Shown: positions 13,771 to 28,297, counted from the stretch's first letter. The stretch is DNA of 64,000 bases from Antedon mediterranea (GCF_964355755.1 NC_092673.1:30067648-30131647); one strand, 5' to 3'. The notes: generated from the letters alone by a model not told the origin. Made by a program: numbers and translations.

Positions 13771-14007
13771 TTAAAGATGTATTGTCCCCTGAAAAAAATG
13801 TTAAAACATTTTTTGTTGAATATATCATTTTAATGTAAAATGATATTTATCCACTATGACCAAAAAATTGGATCAAAAAAATGCCAGCCAATGGGTTTTT
13901 GGTTGAATTTAACTATTTATTTTGAGTGAAAACATTATTTTTTCCAGTTTTTTTTCTACTACATTTTTATTAATTTTCATGTTTTTTGGGCACAAGACAT
14001 CTTTCAA
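13771..14007 (+). mobile_element. Kolobok-like MITE (TTAA-flanked, TIR AGATGTATTGTCCC)
   Basis: ttaa-agatgtattgtcccc ... gggcacaagacatct-tt; internal sequence recurs inverted at 51255-51455. Confidence 0.6.
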
Positions 14008-14529
14008 ATAACTAAATATTTTCTATAAATACAATTAATTAATTCAACATTTATTATGCAATATACAGTTATATATAATATATACATTTGCCAATAACGG
14101 TTTATTTAAGTTTATTGTCCACATACTCAGACAGGGCTGGTCTTATTATATCTATATAACCAGAATAAAGTTAACATTTAATTTAAGTAGAATCACTTTA
14201 GATATCAGTCAAGCCTCAGAATATAACCATATGTTCAAAGGTAAAATAATAATTAATAATAGGCCTATCAATTATGTTGACCTTTTTCTATATATTGTCA
14301 AAGTTCATTGACATATTCACATGTAATAAATGTCAACATACAATAGTCATATGTATTGAACGAACTGAGCACTCATTGGCCATGAATGTTACAATGCTGG
14401 TATTAGGTCACGATACAAGCCACATTTGGCGTCAGTATGCTGGAATAAATAATGTATCCATTTTATTGTATGATACCTTACAAACTAATCATAATCGCTG
14501 TATTCTGATGTGAACATGCAGATCATAGG

Positions 14530-14636
14530 CCAATCGATGCGTCTTAACCCGACATTAATATTATTATGCCAATCGATGCGTCCTTACCCGACAATTACAT
14601 TATTATGCCAAGCGATGCGTCCTTACTTGACAATAA
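14530..14636. repeat. ~39-bp tandem repeat x~3 (gccaatcgatgcgtccttacccgacaattacattattat)
   Basis: Directly visible. Confidence 0.85.
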
Positions 14637-16599
14637 TCCACACGCATGTTTTGTTGATTTGATGCCAAAAATATATTCCTTTTTGAGTACAATTAGAATA
14701 GCAAAGATACTGTAAACAAAACATAACCTAAAGTTAAGTATCTACTCCAATGGGGAAAACACAAACTCCTTAAAAACTGATAAACTTTCACATACAATCA
14801 GCGACCCGATGTCATTTGAACAATTGATATGAATAAATGACGTTAACAATGTTAAAAGTTTACAGAATTACGCCCCCTATGCTGTAATTCCAGTATAGAC
14901 ATATTCAGTTATAATATCATCAAGGGAAGAGTACATCAAGTTTAAGTTTCAAAAGTCACGTTTTAAGTTTTTGAATGTGATTATTCTTAATTCCTTAGTT
15001 ACAAAATAGGCCACATAGTTCAGGTCTATGTGGTATAAAAGAATGTTTAACTTTACTTGCTGTAAATGATTGAGTATAATATGTCATCAAATTCTTTAAT
15101 ACCCATGTTTTGTTTCTACAAATATAGCTAAATAAATGTGCATAAGTTTCCCCTTTTTACTCATTTATTTTTATTTATAATTAATACTTTTTTATACTAA
15201 ATTCTGTAAAATAATTATTTTATTATTATCTTTGTATTTTGGTCAATCCTTTCTGTGCAATAACTTTTTTATCTGAGCTCTTACAAACAACTTTTACAAT
15301 TGTTTTTTTCTTTAGTCTAATAATTTGTTTGATGATTTTCTATGTTGTGATTTTTATGGTGCTTTTGTGTTGTTTTATATTGTGTTTTTTACTCCTTGGT
15401 TGTCAGAATTTTGGGTCACCATCAATAAACATGGTTAAAAACAATTTATTTTTAATGTTTCTACTAAGGATTATTGTAAATTCTCTTCTGAATACATAAA
15501 CGATTACCACTAAGCCATTTCAACAAAATATATGAAATATTTAACAAAGGTTAATATATTTACATGTTTGGATTTATTATGATTCCAAACTTTTAAAATT
15601 AATTTTTTGAGATAATTGATAGTAAATTAAAGTATAATTATCAACATTTTGATAAATATGGTAATTAATTCAGTAGATATTTTGCCTAGGAGACAGACTT
15701 TCTTAGCGACATTTTTTTGGAGTACAAGATAAATAACTACTGGGTTAAAATACCTAATTGATATTAAAACCAACTTTTGAATCGTATAGACTAGGTAACT
15801 GGTAAATGTATTTATTATCGTCCTCAATCTTTACTGGCTGAAATTCGGAGGTGACCAAACAAGAAATTATGAATATATTAAATGAGTTATTGAATAGCAG
15901 TTTGCTTACGTATTTGCGTCATGTCATTTATTTACAAATGAAGGGTTTCTTTCAAATGTCTTCTGGGTTATTAACCTACTTACTCTTCTATTGATTGCTT
16001 TATTTATTTAATTGGTTTATTGATCGTGATAGTTTTGTTTCATGTTTGTACCAGATTGTTCAAGTTCAATAAACCTCTAAGTTGCCTAAATGTACCAACC
16101 TTTCCTATTACACGCAAAATTAAAAAAAAAACAACATTGATCATAAATAAATGTACATTGCATTGTTATAGTACAAATTAGCTACCTGACATTCAATATT
16201 ATTTACTCTCGTCATATCAAACTAATCGTTTCATTATCTACTGTAGTCACACTTGGATGGAGAATAACGAAGTGTTCAACCAACCACATTATGATACATC
16301 AAACTCCTCCAATTGTTGTTGTACACAATAAGATTAAATTCATTAAATGCTAACAATTCCAGAAGCCTTAAATATCATAACCCCACACAGAATTAACCAA
16401 AAGTAATTTGTTATTTTAGGTAAAATAAATGAATGAATAAGACAAATAAAACACATCCTGCTATAAGTTTGAACATGTTTATTTCTAATAATTTCATTTT
16501 TGTCCCAAATTTTGATTTATGTTATTAAAATTTAAGTAGTTGTGTCCCACTTTAACAAATAAGTGTAAAAATCACATAAGGTTTTTGCTTTTTTACAGT

Positions 16600-17104
16600 A
16601 TACTCTAGATTTTAAAACATTCACTGGTGGTCAATTTTGAACCCTAGATTTTACAGTAGCAACTTGTGCGGTCAGCGGTGGACCCCAGATTTTACAGTGA
16701 CAACTGGTGCGGTCAGCGGTGGACCCCAGATTTTACAGTGACAACTGGTGCGGTCAGCGGTGGACCCCAGATTTCACAATAGCAACTGGTGCAGTCAGCG
16801 GTGGACCCCAGATTTTACAGTGACAACTGGTGCGGTCAGCGGTGGACCCCAGATTTCACAATAGCAACTGGTGCGGTCAGCGGTGGGCCTCATATTTTAC
16901 AATAGCAACTCGTGCGGTCAGCGGTGGACCCCAGATTTTACAGTGACAACTGGTGCGGTCAGCGGTGGACCCCAGATTTCACAATAGCAACTGGTGCAGT
17001 CAGCGGTGGACCCCAGATTTTACAATAGCAACTGGTGTGGTCAACAGTGGACCTCAGATTTGACAGTGACAATTGGTGCAGTCAGTGGTAGACCCTAGAT
17101 TTTA
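16600..17104. repeat. 41-bp minisatellite, ~12 units (ggaccccagattttacagtgacaactggtgcggtcagcggt)
   Basis: Period of 41 (16680 to 16721); degenerate edge units. Confidence 0.95.
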
Positions 17105-18049
17105 AGGGGTGCTACAGATTGACTACATACCTATGATGGAAATGAGGCATGGAATATGTTAAGGTAGGCTTATTTTCAATTACCTGGAATGTATGCATTG
17201 ATCAAACTGGAAACATTGACCTATGAACTCTAATAATCTATATACTTTTTTTTGACTAAATAAAAGTTGCCAAACAAACAAAAAACAATTTACTAATAAT
17301 AGCAATTCAAATTTATAAATGAAGATTATTTTGAAGTCTTTTTGAGGTCTTAGTAGTCTGTTATCACCATGACAACAACTTAATGTGATAAAAATTATCT
17401 TTTTCTTTTCTTTCTCTCGGATCATAATTACATTGTACATTTTAATGTATTTGTGATCTTGTTTTTGTACGATACCACAATGATAGAAATACAAAACAAA
17501 TATTTGTTAAAGGAAATAAAAACGGAATCATATTTAATGATCTAAAAACTAAATCCTTAGAGTAAAAACAGAATATATTAATCATTTATTACTCAATAGA
17601 CTAATTTTCTGCTAAAAAAAGAAACATGAAAGTTGCACAAGAAATATTTTTTTGTGAAAGACCGTGGCTCAGACCTGCCACAAAAATGTATATTTATATT
17701 TAGCAGAATGACATGAGTTAGTAACTTTTCTCTTTTCAATGCAAATTGTCCAAAGAAAATCAGCCATGTGTGAGAAAAGCATGTCAGAGTTAATTTCCTG
17801 CAGTCCATCGACTAAGCCATCAATCTATTTGTCCTTCAAGTCAACCATCCATCCATCCATTATTCATCAAGCTATTCATTCATCCTAATCTCTGCATCTC
17901 TTAATCTTTCTATATCTGTTAATCTATCTATCTTCTAACATGAATCCTTGTTGCCTACAGAGTAAGTCAACCTCGTAATCTATTGGTGCGGGTTATATGA
18001 TCTTCTCCCTAGTCCATCCATTATATAACCCATCAATCAATATTGATGG

Positions 18050-19040
18050 ACATTTTATGTATGTTGCTTATTTGCATAATTCCACCATCCATGTGTATAG
18101 ATATCATGTAGCACATTATTTGTTAATCATGCATTCAATATCTTGAATAAAGTGCACTACTTACAATAATGACATTTGAGGCTACAAACTCGCATTTTAC
18201 ATTTGCTTATTTGCATAATTACATGTGTATAGATATCATGTAACACATTAATGAATTTTGAGGCTACAAACTCGTATTTTACATAATGTGGCTTATTTGC
18301 ATAATTACATGTGTATAGATATCATGTAACACATTAATGAATTTTGAGGCTACAAACTCGCATTTTACATAATGTGGCTTATTTGCATAATTACATGTGT
18401 ATAGATATCATGTAACACATTAATGAATTTTGAGGCTACAAACTCGCATTTTACATAATGTGGCTTATTTGCATAATTACATGTGTATAGATATCATGTA
18501 ACACATTAATGACATTTGAGGCTTAAAACTCGCATTTTACATATGTTTCTTATTTGCATAATTACATGTGTATAGATATCATGTAACACATTAATGACAT
18601 TTGAGGCTTAAAACTCGCATTATACATATGTTTCTTATTTGCATAATGACATGTGTTATAGATATCATGTAACACATGAATGAATTTTGAGGCTACAAAA
18701 CTCGCATTTTACATAATGTGGCTTATTTGCATACTTTACATGTGTATAGATATCATGTAACACATTAATGAATTTTGAGGCTACAAACTGGCATTTCACA
18801 TAATGTGGCTTATTTGCATAATTACATGTGTATAGATATCATGTAGCACATTAATGAATTTTGAGGCTACAAACTGGCATTTCACATAATGTGGCTTATT
18901 TGCATAATTACATGTGTATAGTTATCATATAACACATTAATGCCATTTGAGACTACAAACTGGCATTTTACATGATGTTGCTTATTTGCCTAATTCCATG
19001 TGTATAACTGTATAGTTGTCATGTAGTGCATTAATGACTT
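18050..19040. repeat. ~86-bp tandem satellite, ~11 units, with ATTTGCAT intact in 10 of them
   Basis: Unit gcttatttgcataattacatgtgtatagatatcatgtaacacattaatgaattttgaggctacaaactcgcattttacataatgtg; period 18291 to 18377. Confidence 0.95.
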
Positions 19041-21121
19041 CAAATATGATTTCTAATTAATATAAATGTATAGATATTACATTTTTTCCTGTGTCATACT
19101 GATGATTCATATTGTCGATATTCATTTCAAGTTGCTCTTTGTAATACCGTATATTTACATTTTCATTTTCCTTAACAATCAAATTTTCCAAATGTTTTAT
19201 GTCCGAATTCTAAATTGGGGCGCAAGAATATACTCAAGCACTGGGCTGTACTCGGTCAAATAATCCAATTTTAAAGTTGGTAAAACCAAATTGCGAATGG
19301 CAAAGAGACAGAGCCATGTGTGTTGAATTTTTCTCTATTATATTAAAATGCCTTGGGTCAGTCTGATGTACATCCTTCCTACAGTATCATTCCACTTCAT
19401 TTCCAATAAAATCTTACAATTATAGATATAATTATGGAGATGGATTGACTGCCTTTCCGATTTCTATGTGCTTGTAAAAGTAACTTTATTTTATTGTATT
19501 GATTAATCTGTGATTGGTAGTGGTAATAGTCAATGGTCACTTGTGGCTTGATATTGATTTCTATGGTCAATAGTCACTTGTGGCTTGATATGGGTTTCTA
19601 TGGTCAATGATCAATTAATGGATTTTTATGGTTAGTGGTCACTGGAATGTAAATGATTATTTGAAAACTGTGATCAATAATTTTACACAAAACAAAAATA
19701 TAATTGGCACATTCAATTGAAATGATTTAATATAACCATTAGATAATTACTTAAATTTCCTTTCAAAAGGATTGCTGCAAATTGGATATTGTTATAAGAC
19801 AACAATCGTTCAAATGTTTACACAAATCATTAAGTTGCTGATTGCACGAAAATAAAATGATCACAAACAGAAGGACATGTCAGCTTTAGATAATAACTGT
19901 GATTTGATTTGCAAAATCGTGAAAAAAGTTGTATTTAGGGATGTGAGAATAAAATCTGTTAGTATCCAGTATTTTGGACAAAATCATCTCTTGAAACCAA
20001 ATGAAATTTGTCTATCTGTTGAAGAATGCACTTACTTTAAATGCTGTGTTTTCAATTAAATCATCTCCATTAGTAAAATGTACATAGTCACTTAGAAATT
20101 AATAAGTACTAATTGGTTTAAGTTCTATCTGATCATAATATAGGAAGAAACAAATTATATACAACAACTATTTACAAATGTACAAATTAGAGCCACAATT
20201 CAGAGTACTAGTGGATGGCGACTAGCTTTCAAAGAAATATATTTCGAGTTTATATACATTTCTGGAAATTTGATGACCAATTTTGTCCAAAAAGTTGTTT
20301 TTAAGTACAATTATTGTTAGCGCTCACATTTTAAATTATTCTCTTCCTTTTCAAATATTTAAACCATCAATATTGAATTCAATTTATTTTGGATTTCATA
20401 TATATATTCCAATACAAACAATGGGACTCTGTAATGTATTTTCTCCATTTATTCAATTAATATTTATATTCCACATAATATTGTTTTAGAATTATTCTCT
20501 AATTGGAAAACAAATCTGCCAAAATCGAACACTAATTTAAAGTGGTCTAAAAAACAATCTACCCTGCAGACTTTTGTCTTCCAGAAAGATAACTTTGTTG
20601 ACTAAAGTTAGTATGTTATCAAAATATGCTTAATGAAAGAATATTTGAATGACATTTAAATGAAACTGATATAAACGCACAAGTACCAGTAAACATCAAT
20701 TGAAATCATATCATATTTGATCAGTTTAATTATTAATCAAAAGAACATCTGGAAAATTATATTTACTTTAAAGTATTAAATTTCTAGAATGGTCAGCAAA
20801 GTACCATTATATTGTATTATTAATGATTTATAATTAGTAAAATGATATTATGTTTATTATTAAGTGTTACACCATATGTTGTGGGAAAAAGTTACTGTTG
20901 CAGATTACAAAACAACCTGAATGTCCAGTTGATGTTTACAATATTAATAATAATCAATAATTTGTTGTTGCTATTGTTGTCATTCATTCATTCATTCATT
21001 CATTTATCAGGTCAATATAGTAAATGCGGGCAACTTGCTGATCATCTTCATAAATGTCTTCCATTTAAGTTTATTTTAATTCCAACAGTAGAACACAGGA
21101 CCCAACATGTTCTCTTGATAG

Positions 21122-21271
21122 TAGGGCCGTAGCCACCAGTACGGTTGGTAAGGTTTCAACCTGGCCACTTTTTTTAAAAAAGAGGCCTTTGAATACCCAG
21201 TGACTTGAACAGAGATTGTTCTCTTTTCTTGCATAACCCATACCACTTTATTTCTTGTGGCTACAACACTG
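21122..21271. mobile_element. Short MITE with imperfect TIR (tagggccgtagccac / gtggctacaacactg)
   Basis: The right end reverse-complemented (cagtgttgtagccacaag) matches the left end (tagggccgtagccaccag) at 13/18 positions; subterminal tacggttggta/taccactt also pair loosely. Confidence 0.5.
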
Positions 21272-22002
21272 TATAGGGGAGGCCTAGTAGTAGGGTGTCT
21301 CTTGTGGCTACAACACTGTATAGGGAGGCCTAGTAGTAGGGTGTCTCTTGTGGCTACAACACTGTATAGGGGAGGCCTAGAGTAGGGTGTCTCTTGTGGC
21401 TACAACACTGTATAGGGGAGGCCTAGTAGTAGGGTGTCTCTTGTGGCTACAACACTGTATAGGGGAGGCCTAGTAGTAGGGTGTCTCTTGTGGCTACAAC
21501 ACTGTATAGGGGAGGCCTAGTAGTAGGGTGTCTCTTGTGGCTACAACACTGTATAGGGGAGGCCTAGTAGTAGGGTGTCTCTTGTGGCTACAACACTGTA
21601 TAGGGGAGGCCTAGTAGTAGGGTGTCTCTTGTGGCTACAACACTGTATAGGGGAGGCCTAGTAGTAGGGTGTCTCTTGTGGCTACAACACTGTATAGGGG
21701 AGGCCTAGTAGTAGGGTGTCTCTTGTGGCTACAACACTGTATAGGGGAGGCCTAGTAGTAGGGTGTCTCTTGTGGCTACAACACTGTATAGGGGAGGCCT
21801 AGTAGTAGGGTGTCTCTTGTGGCTACAACACTGTATAGGGGAGGCCTAGTAGTAGGGTGTCTCTTGTGGCTACAACACTGTATAGGGAGGCCTAGTAGTA
21901 GGGTGTCTCTTGTGGCTACAACACTGTATAGGGGAGGCCTAGTAGTAGGGTGTCTCTTGTGGCTACAACACTGTATAGGGAGGCCTAGTAGTAGGGTGTC
22001 TC
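21253..22002. repeat. 47-bp minisatellite, ~16 near-identical units (tcttgtggctacaacactgtataggggaggcctagtagtagggtgtc)
   Basis: Period of 47 (21721 to 21768); only single-base indels between units. Confidence 0.97.
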
Positions 22003-25000
22003 CCTTTCTAGTGTGTCCGCTCAGTAGGATGTCTCCTCATTTTCAAAAGGAAATTTCTCCCCACCACCAACTCTCTTTAGAAGTCTCTTTATTAAATAAT
22101 AGTATGTTCAAATATAACCTACTTTTGCCATGTACCACAAGGCATTCATTTATCATTCCTCTATCCATCCATCTCATATAATTCTTTTGTATGTGTAAAA
22201 ACCTGTCATCCACATGTAAAATTATGCAAATTTGCAGACCACATCATCTTTTATGATATAAAAACATATTGGCAGATTTACTCTTTAAAAAATTAAACAA
22301 ACATCACCTAAAAATAATCAGTGTCCTTGAATAAATGTGAATATTTTAATGTCTTTTAATAGTTGAAATTTCACCTCCTTATTGAAAATTGATCGTTGCA
22401 CTATTTATTATCCAAAAATGGAAGACATATATTAAAATAAAATCAATAGCACATATAAATTGTTTATTTGTTAAGTTAATAATTACTTGGGTGGCAGTAT
22501 AAAATATAAAATAACACTTTATATCGTGAATTACCATCTACATTTTATTATATGCATGACTAATTTAATTACTATGTATCTACGCCTAAGCATCGTATTC
22601 ATAGATAATGAAAAAAAATTGAGACCGGATGGACAACTGGACGATGGACAACTGGACGATTTAAGATGAGAATATCAATACCATAATTCTAAATTGACTT
22701 GAGAACAATAGGAACTTAGATGATGCAGCGGTCAATATGACAACAAAGGACACATTGACCAAACCTCAGGCTAATTCATTCTTTTTAAAATATATAAACA
22801 AAATTATGACTGTGATAAACTGATAAAATACTTTTATTGCAACTTTTATGTTGAATTATACAAAAATATATACTTATACTTAAATGAAAATATATCATAT
22901 CCATCAACAATAAAAATCAAATTACATATGCATATATTGCTAGAAAATGTATACAAATCTACTTTAAAAATTCATATATTTTATGTTTATTTACCAAATC
23001 AAACCAAACGGCAAACCTTGCCACTTTCAAGATGAATTTTGCAACATAAATACAAATAAAAGATATTTTAGTTGTAGTAGGAGAGCCGACATGGCAACCT
23101 TGACTCGATATTCAGCAACCATATTTTAGTTATAAGTTTTGACTTTAAGAAATGTTTTTGTTCTAGAACTATAGGATAATCATTTACCGTATGCTGTCTT
23201 TTTAAAAATTCCAATCAAATGACGTCTTGATAAATAAAAACAATAAAATCTTTGCATTAATTGTCACGATATATTACTCTTACTAATCATGACGTCATTT
23301 GATTGGACGTGTGAAAATATCATTTATATCATTTTCATCAAAGGAAGCATTTATTTATTTATTTATTTATTTATTACGGTATATATAAAATTACAAAAAC
23401 AATAGCACATAGCTAATAACGTTTGTATTACAATAAAAAATATTAAAATGAAATCTATAAAAACTACAATAATAAATTCGGAATATACAATAGAAGGTTA
23501 TTCTATAGTTTGAAAATGAAAGTTGTTGTTATATTTCTTTTGTTTTATGTATGAAAAATGCATATTTGTCTATTTATTGTCTATCATTATCATCCTACTG
23601 TAAACTGGCCTTAACCTACTGGCTTATCAGTGTGTTATACTTCTGGTGGAGTCAAGTCCCACACCCCACCTTTTATCCCTTATTTCCCAAATGCATCGCA
23701 ATCTTCAAAAGTGATAACCCACAGGCTATATTTGAGTTACTAATATTATTAATTGAGACTATTGGTTTTCCCAAATCCTAAAGGAATTCAATCCTTTAGT
23801 TTTATTCACAACAAAGGACTATACATATTTATCCAGTCATTTCAGTCCTTGACTGTCGTTTTGTAATATATTTTTATATAAATAAATAAATAAATAAATA
23901 ATAAAATGAGCTTTTGGAACCTAATATAATAAAACCCCATGTTTTAAATATTTTTTTATAACATACAGATATTGATCACTTATTCTCAAAATACATTTTT
24001 TCGAAATATAAATACAACCATTTAAACTTAATTTACCACAATGAAATCATTGGCGTGAATATTTTCAAGCTAGCAAGTGGATTTTGTTTCCCAGTTCACT
24101 GAACTATGTCTTTTAAACAAAATATAATAGAAAAATCATACAATCTTTTCAAGACCTGATTTGCGTTGAACTCTTGTTAAGTCACGCCCACTTTTCCCAA
24201 ATTACATGTGTCCAATTACTTAGATCGTTTCAACATCATAACATGCAATATTATAAACGGCCTTGACAATTGTGTTTAACATTACAACATAAAAAAAAGT
24301 TAAACTTACTTATTTAGGCCTAAGTATTATAACACATTTAAGTGTATCCGCCATTTGATTGGTTTAATTTGTATCATGCGCAGTAAAGTACTTTTCTTCC
24401 TTTTTAGCGATAGAGGTACTACAGATATTGCATTTATGTGATTTTTATAAATAACTTTTCTTCACTATGAATACATTCCGGGGTTCCTGTGCATTGTCTC
24501 GCTGAAATTAACCTTTAATCATTTTAATTTTTGAAAGTTGGGTGAGGGAGGGGGGGATGAGGCTGTTGGCTTTAATCTGCATAAAAATATGTGAGAAAAT
24601 GTTTATCATGTGAGTAGTGACTGTGGTATTTGAGTTGCCCATAAATTATGCTCAAATATCTGTATCGTAAGCTCATAATTTATACAAACATTTAGACATA
24701 ATGCATTATCATATGTTATAAATATTTATATTTGTTGAGTGTACTGACATAAAAAACAGCTGAAAAAAACTTTATATTTTGTGAATATATTATGGGATTG
24801 TTTGTATGAGTTACATAAAGATGTAAAGTTACATATTGCCTATGCAGCACCATAACAATTAGTATTACTTTGATTTTATTTCTATAGTATGTATGATATA
24901 TACAAATTTATATTGCAATATGTTCCACATATTGCATATATCAATATGTACATTTAAATTGATTATATTATTGCCTCCGTACATATGTCATGGTTATTTA

Positions 25001-26427
25001 TTGTTTGGGAAAGTAAATAATAGAAGCAATGTAATGTAAAATGAAGTTTATTTCAACTAATAATTATTGTATAACATACTTATATATTTGTATACTAGAA
25101 CTGAGACCCTAAGCCAAACGTTTAAGTTTGTTATGTTAAAGTTATATTTTGTTATTTAGTGGATAAAGTGAATTGACATCCTAAATGAAATAAACAGTAA
25201 TATATATATTATTTATTCAAGATTAAATAAATACCAGTGTTATCAACAAATCTAGATAATGATTATTATTGCTAAATATTTAGATCTGTAGGCCACGCCC
25301 TGTTTGTTACGTGTAGAATGACAGTACACGTCGACGTCCTTGGTGAAAAACATAATACCAACTAGGATTTAACAACCATTCAACATGGAAGCCTGGGAAT
25401 TAGAGTTCAAACGCAGGCCAGCATTCAAATGTTAAGCTATCATATGCAAAACACTGTGAAATCCAATTTTGTATGTGCATTCATGCAATAAGTACTGCTC
25501 ATTCGATCCATATTATTACAATAGTATGTTATGCAGTTGTGGTACAAAAACAAATCCGATGCAATGAATAACATATAAATTCATGATTAAATTATCCTGT
25601 CGATAATTAATTTCAGTACAGATCTAATTAGTTAGGTTATAGAATGTATGATTAAAATTAATGTAAATTTAACACTAAACAGTCAACAAATTATGTATTC
25701 GGTTATATTTCCACCTGTTGGTAATTTTGTTCACATGAACGAAAATTAAGAAAAACATTTTCGAAGGTCAAGGGGTGGGGAAATGTGTGCTTCAGTTGGT
25801 ATATTCAGTAATGATAAAGTGAGTGACAGTTTTTACGTTACCTTAGGGAGTCATTTTATGAATGAGTTGTAGAAGTTAATGCGCGGTTTCAACAGCGTTT
25901 GAGCTAAGCTTCACTGATCATGAAGATATAATAAACATCTATGTCATTCACATAATTAAGATGACACGCATATTCGACACAATGATTCTTAGAAACTGCA
26001 ATTACTTCATTCACTTTTTGTTATTGGAACGCTCTTCTTGAATTACATTATATATAATATGTAGTAGTTTTCGACACTTCAATTCACAATTCATCTGTAC
26101 TTTACTTAAAACAGTATCATGACAACAACATACAGTGTTAACACCTTTCCTACTACTTCACCACCATAATATTTTTTGTTCTTGGATCTGCTTGCAGCAC
26201 TCCCTTGTGATTTGCAATTTTATAGTATAAATAATATAAAACCCTCTGATTAAATTAAAGTAATGTTTTGTTTTTTAAATCTTGAAGCAGAGATTTGAGT
26301 TCACCTCTGAAAAAACTTTCCAAGTAATGTATTACCTCGTTTTTCTTTGCAAACATATTATAAAATATTCTTAGAATAACAAAAAATTTTAATAAAACCT
26401 TACAGAAATTATTTTATATTTTGTTTT

Positions 26428-26622
26428 GTGTTGCAGCTAAAAGTTGCCCAGCAATAACCGGTTAAATGGCGTTCCAACACCGAATTGAATGGGTATTTTG
26501 AATGGGTATTTTTAACCGGTTATTTTGCGCTGCCTTTTAACCGGTCCTGTTTCTGCTTTTGGTTGGAGTTAAATTATATACACCCTTTTTAACCGGTTAT
26601 TTTCATGCAGCAGAAACAGGAC
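26428..26622 (+). mobile_element. Right-end fragment of a Harbinger-like element related to 27458-28297
   Basis: Begins gtgttgcagctaaaa as at 28098, shares aaccgg repeats, and ends gcagcagaaacaggac (compare atagaaacaggccc). Confidence 0.55.
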
Positions 26623-27457
26623 AGAAACAGAAACAGTATATCCTATGAAACATAATAATGTATATTTATAGATTTAACCAGAAAATAAAGCTTGTTTTTT
26701 TGTCGTTAATTGTTAATTTAGATCTGCAGATGATTATTTACTTAATTTCAAATCATAATTAATATTTAAAAGTCATCTCATTAGTATGTGTAGTAGGAAG
26801 ATAAATATAATATTATTTAATGTCTTTAACTTTCATAGCAATTATTATGAACGCATTTTCTATAGAAATAAAAGATGAATGAATATTTAAATGCCAGTTA
26901 ATTCATTTGCTGGTAGTAACACATTGTTATAGATTTGGTATATTATTAGAGGACTTTTCATCATATAAATAATAATTCTATTACATCTATACATGTACCG
27001 TATTATTATAGTATGAATCGTGCTTTTACGGGTACAGAATACCAAATATGCACATGTCATTATTTTTATGTTCGGTTTGGCTTTTTGATCTTTCAAAATT
27101 CAGAATTCAAATTCAAAAACTTTTATTGTCCAATTTCATACACAACACATACAATTGGAAATGTGTCATTTGATACACTAACTTAAACTAAGACTTAATG
27201 TATTGTGTTGAAGCCGCTATTGAAATGATAATGAAACTAGAATCAAAATCAAATCAAAGGTTTATTTATTTTAATCGTTACGGCAGTTATAAACTAAATT
27301 ACTTATATTTGTATCTATAATAATAGTTTAATATAATTTTATGTAGTTAAGTTCTTCTGGGGCCCCAGAGATATCATGTTATAGTGACTCTGTTGCTTTT
27401 GGGGTCCCAGAACATGATGTCGAATAAACAAATGAAGTGAAAATAAACATTTTTAAA

Positions 27458-28297
27458 GGGCCTGTTTCTATTGAAAAATAAAAAAAGAACGTTTTTTTGG
27501 AAACCGGTTTCGGCTGTTGTTTATAAATAAAGATCGCGTTGCAGCTCAATTTTTACTCCAGTAAAACCGGTTCCGTCCATGTGCGTTCGTTATGAATGAC
27601 GTCATTATATACACCACAATGCAGTTCGTTAGGAGGAAGTGTGATTGGATCGAGGTCATGTTTACTTTTTTTAGCATCATAGCACGATCCCCAAGAAATA
27701 GCATCCATTTCATAATAGAAGGGGGAATTATAACCTGAAACGTTATTGTGGTCCTTGGTTAAAGTATACGTCGCACCCTCTGATATTGTCAAGTTGAACT
27801 CGTCTAGCTTTCACACGCTTTACAATATTCTTAAAAACATGTAGGCCTAGGCCTACCTACGCGAGTCTTCCGACTCCCGACAAGTCCCCTCATCTTCTTC
27901 CCATCACATATTTTTTACGAACCTCGTAATGGCATCGGTCAACATTTTTTAGTTAAATAAAATACTCACTATCTAGAGAAATAAAAATGACTTAGGCCTA
28001 GGTCCTATCGCGCGGGTTTGACTGCAAGTTGACCGCAATCGTCCCAGTGCAGCAGACTGCAGAGTTCAGGTTTTGGGGTCAAATTGAGACCGTGATTGTG
28101 TTGCAGCTAAAAATTGCTCCGCGGAAACCGGTTTCAGAACGGTTCTTTGCGATCGAGACCGCAATCAATTGGGGTTTTTGAAACCGTTTTTAAGATCTGT
28201 TCTTTTTTGTGGGGACCCATTTCTGCTGGCAAGAAAAAACGGTTCTTGAAAAGAACGGTATTCAAAACCGTATTCTCCGCTCTATAGAAACAGGCCC
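27458..28297. mobile_element. 840-bp non-autonomous PIF/Harbinger-like DNA transposon
   Basis: 14-bp perfect TIR GGGCCTGTTTCTAT ... ATAGAAACAGGCCC; 3-bp flanks aaa/aaa; CpG-rich interior with subterminal aaaccggttt repeats. Confidence 0.75.

Noticed and set aside
21253-22002. CRISPR-like regular repeats and the ORF at 21810-22181
   Set aside because: Head-to-tail units with no unique spacers, no cas genes and a eukaryotic context; the same applies to the 16.6, 18 and 37 kb arrays.
23349-23830. Possible decayed LINE on the minus strand next to an (ATTT)n tract
   Set aside because: Only vague motif remnants; cannot be supported without a search.
27553-27792. 79-aa ORF inside the Harbinger-like element
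   Set aside because: No DDE or Myb/SANT features recognisable; alternative start codon.
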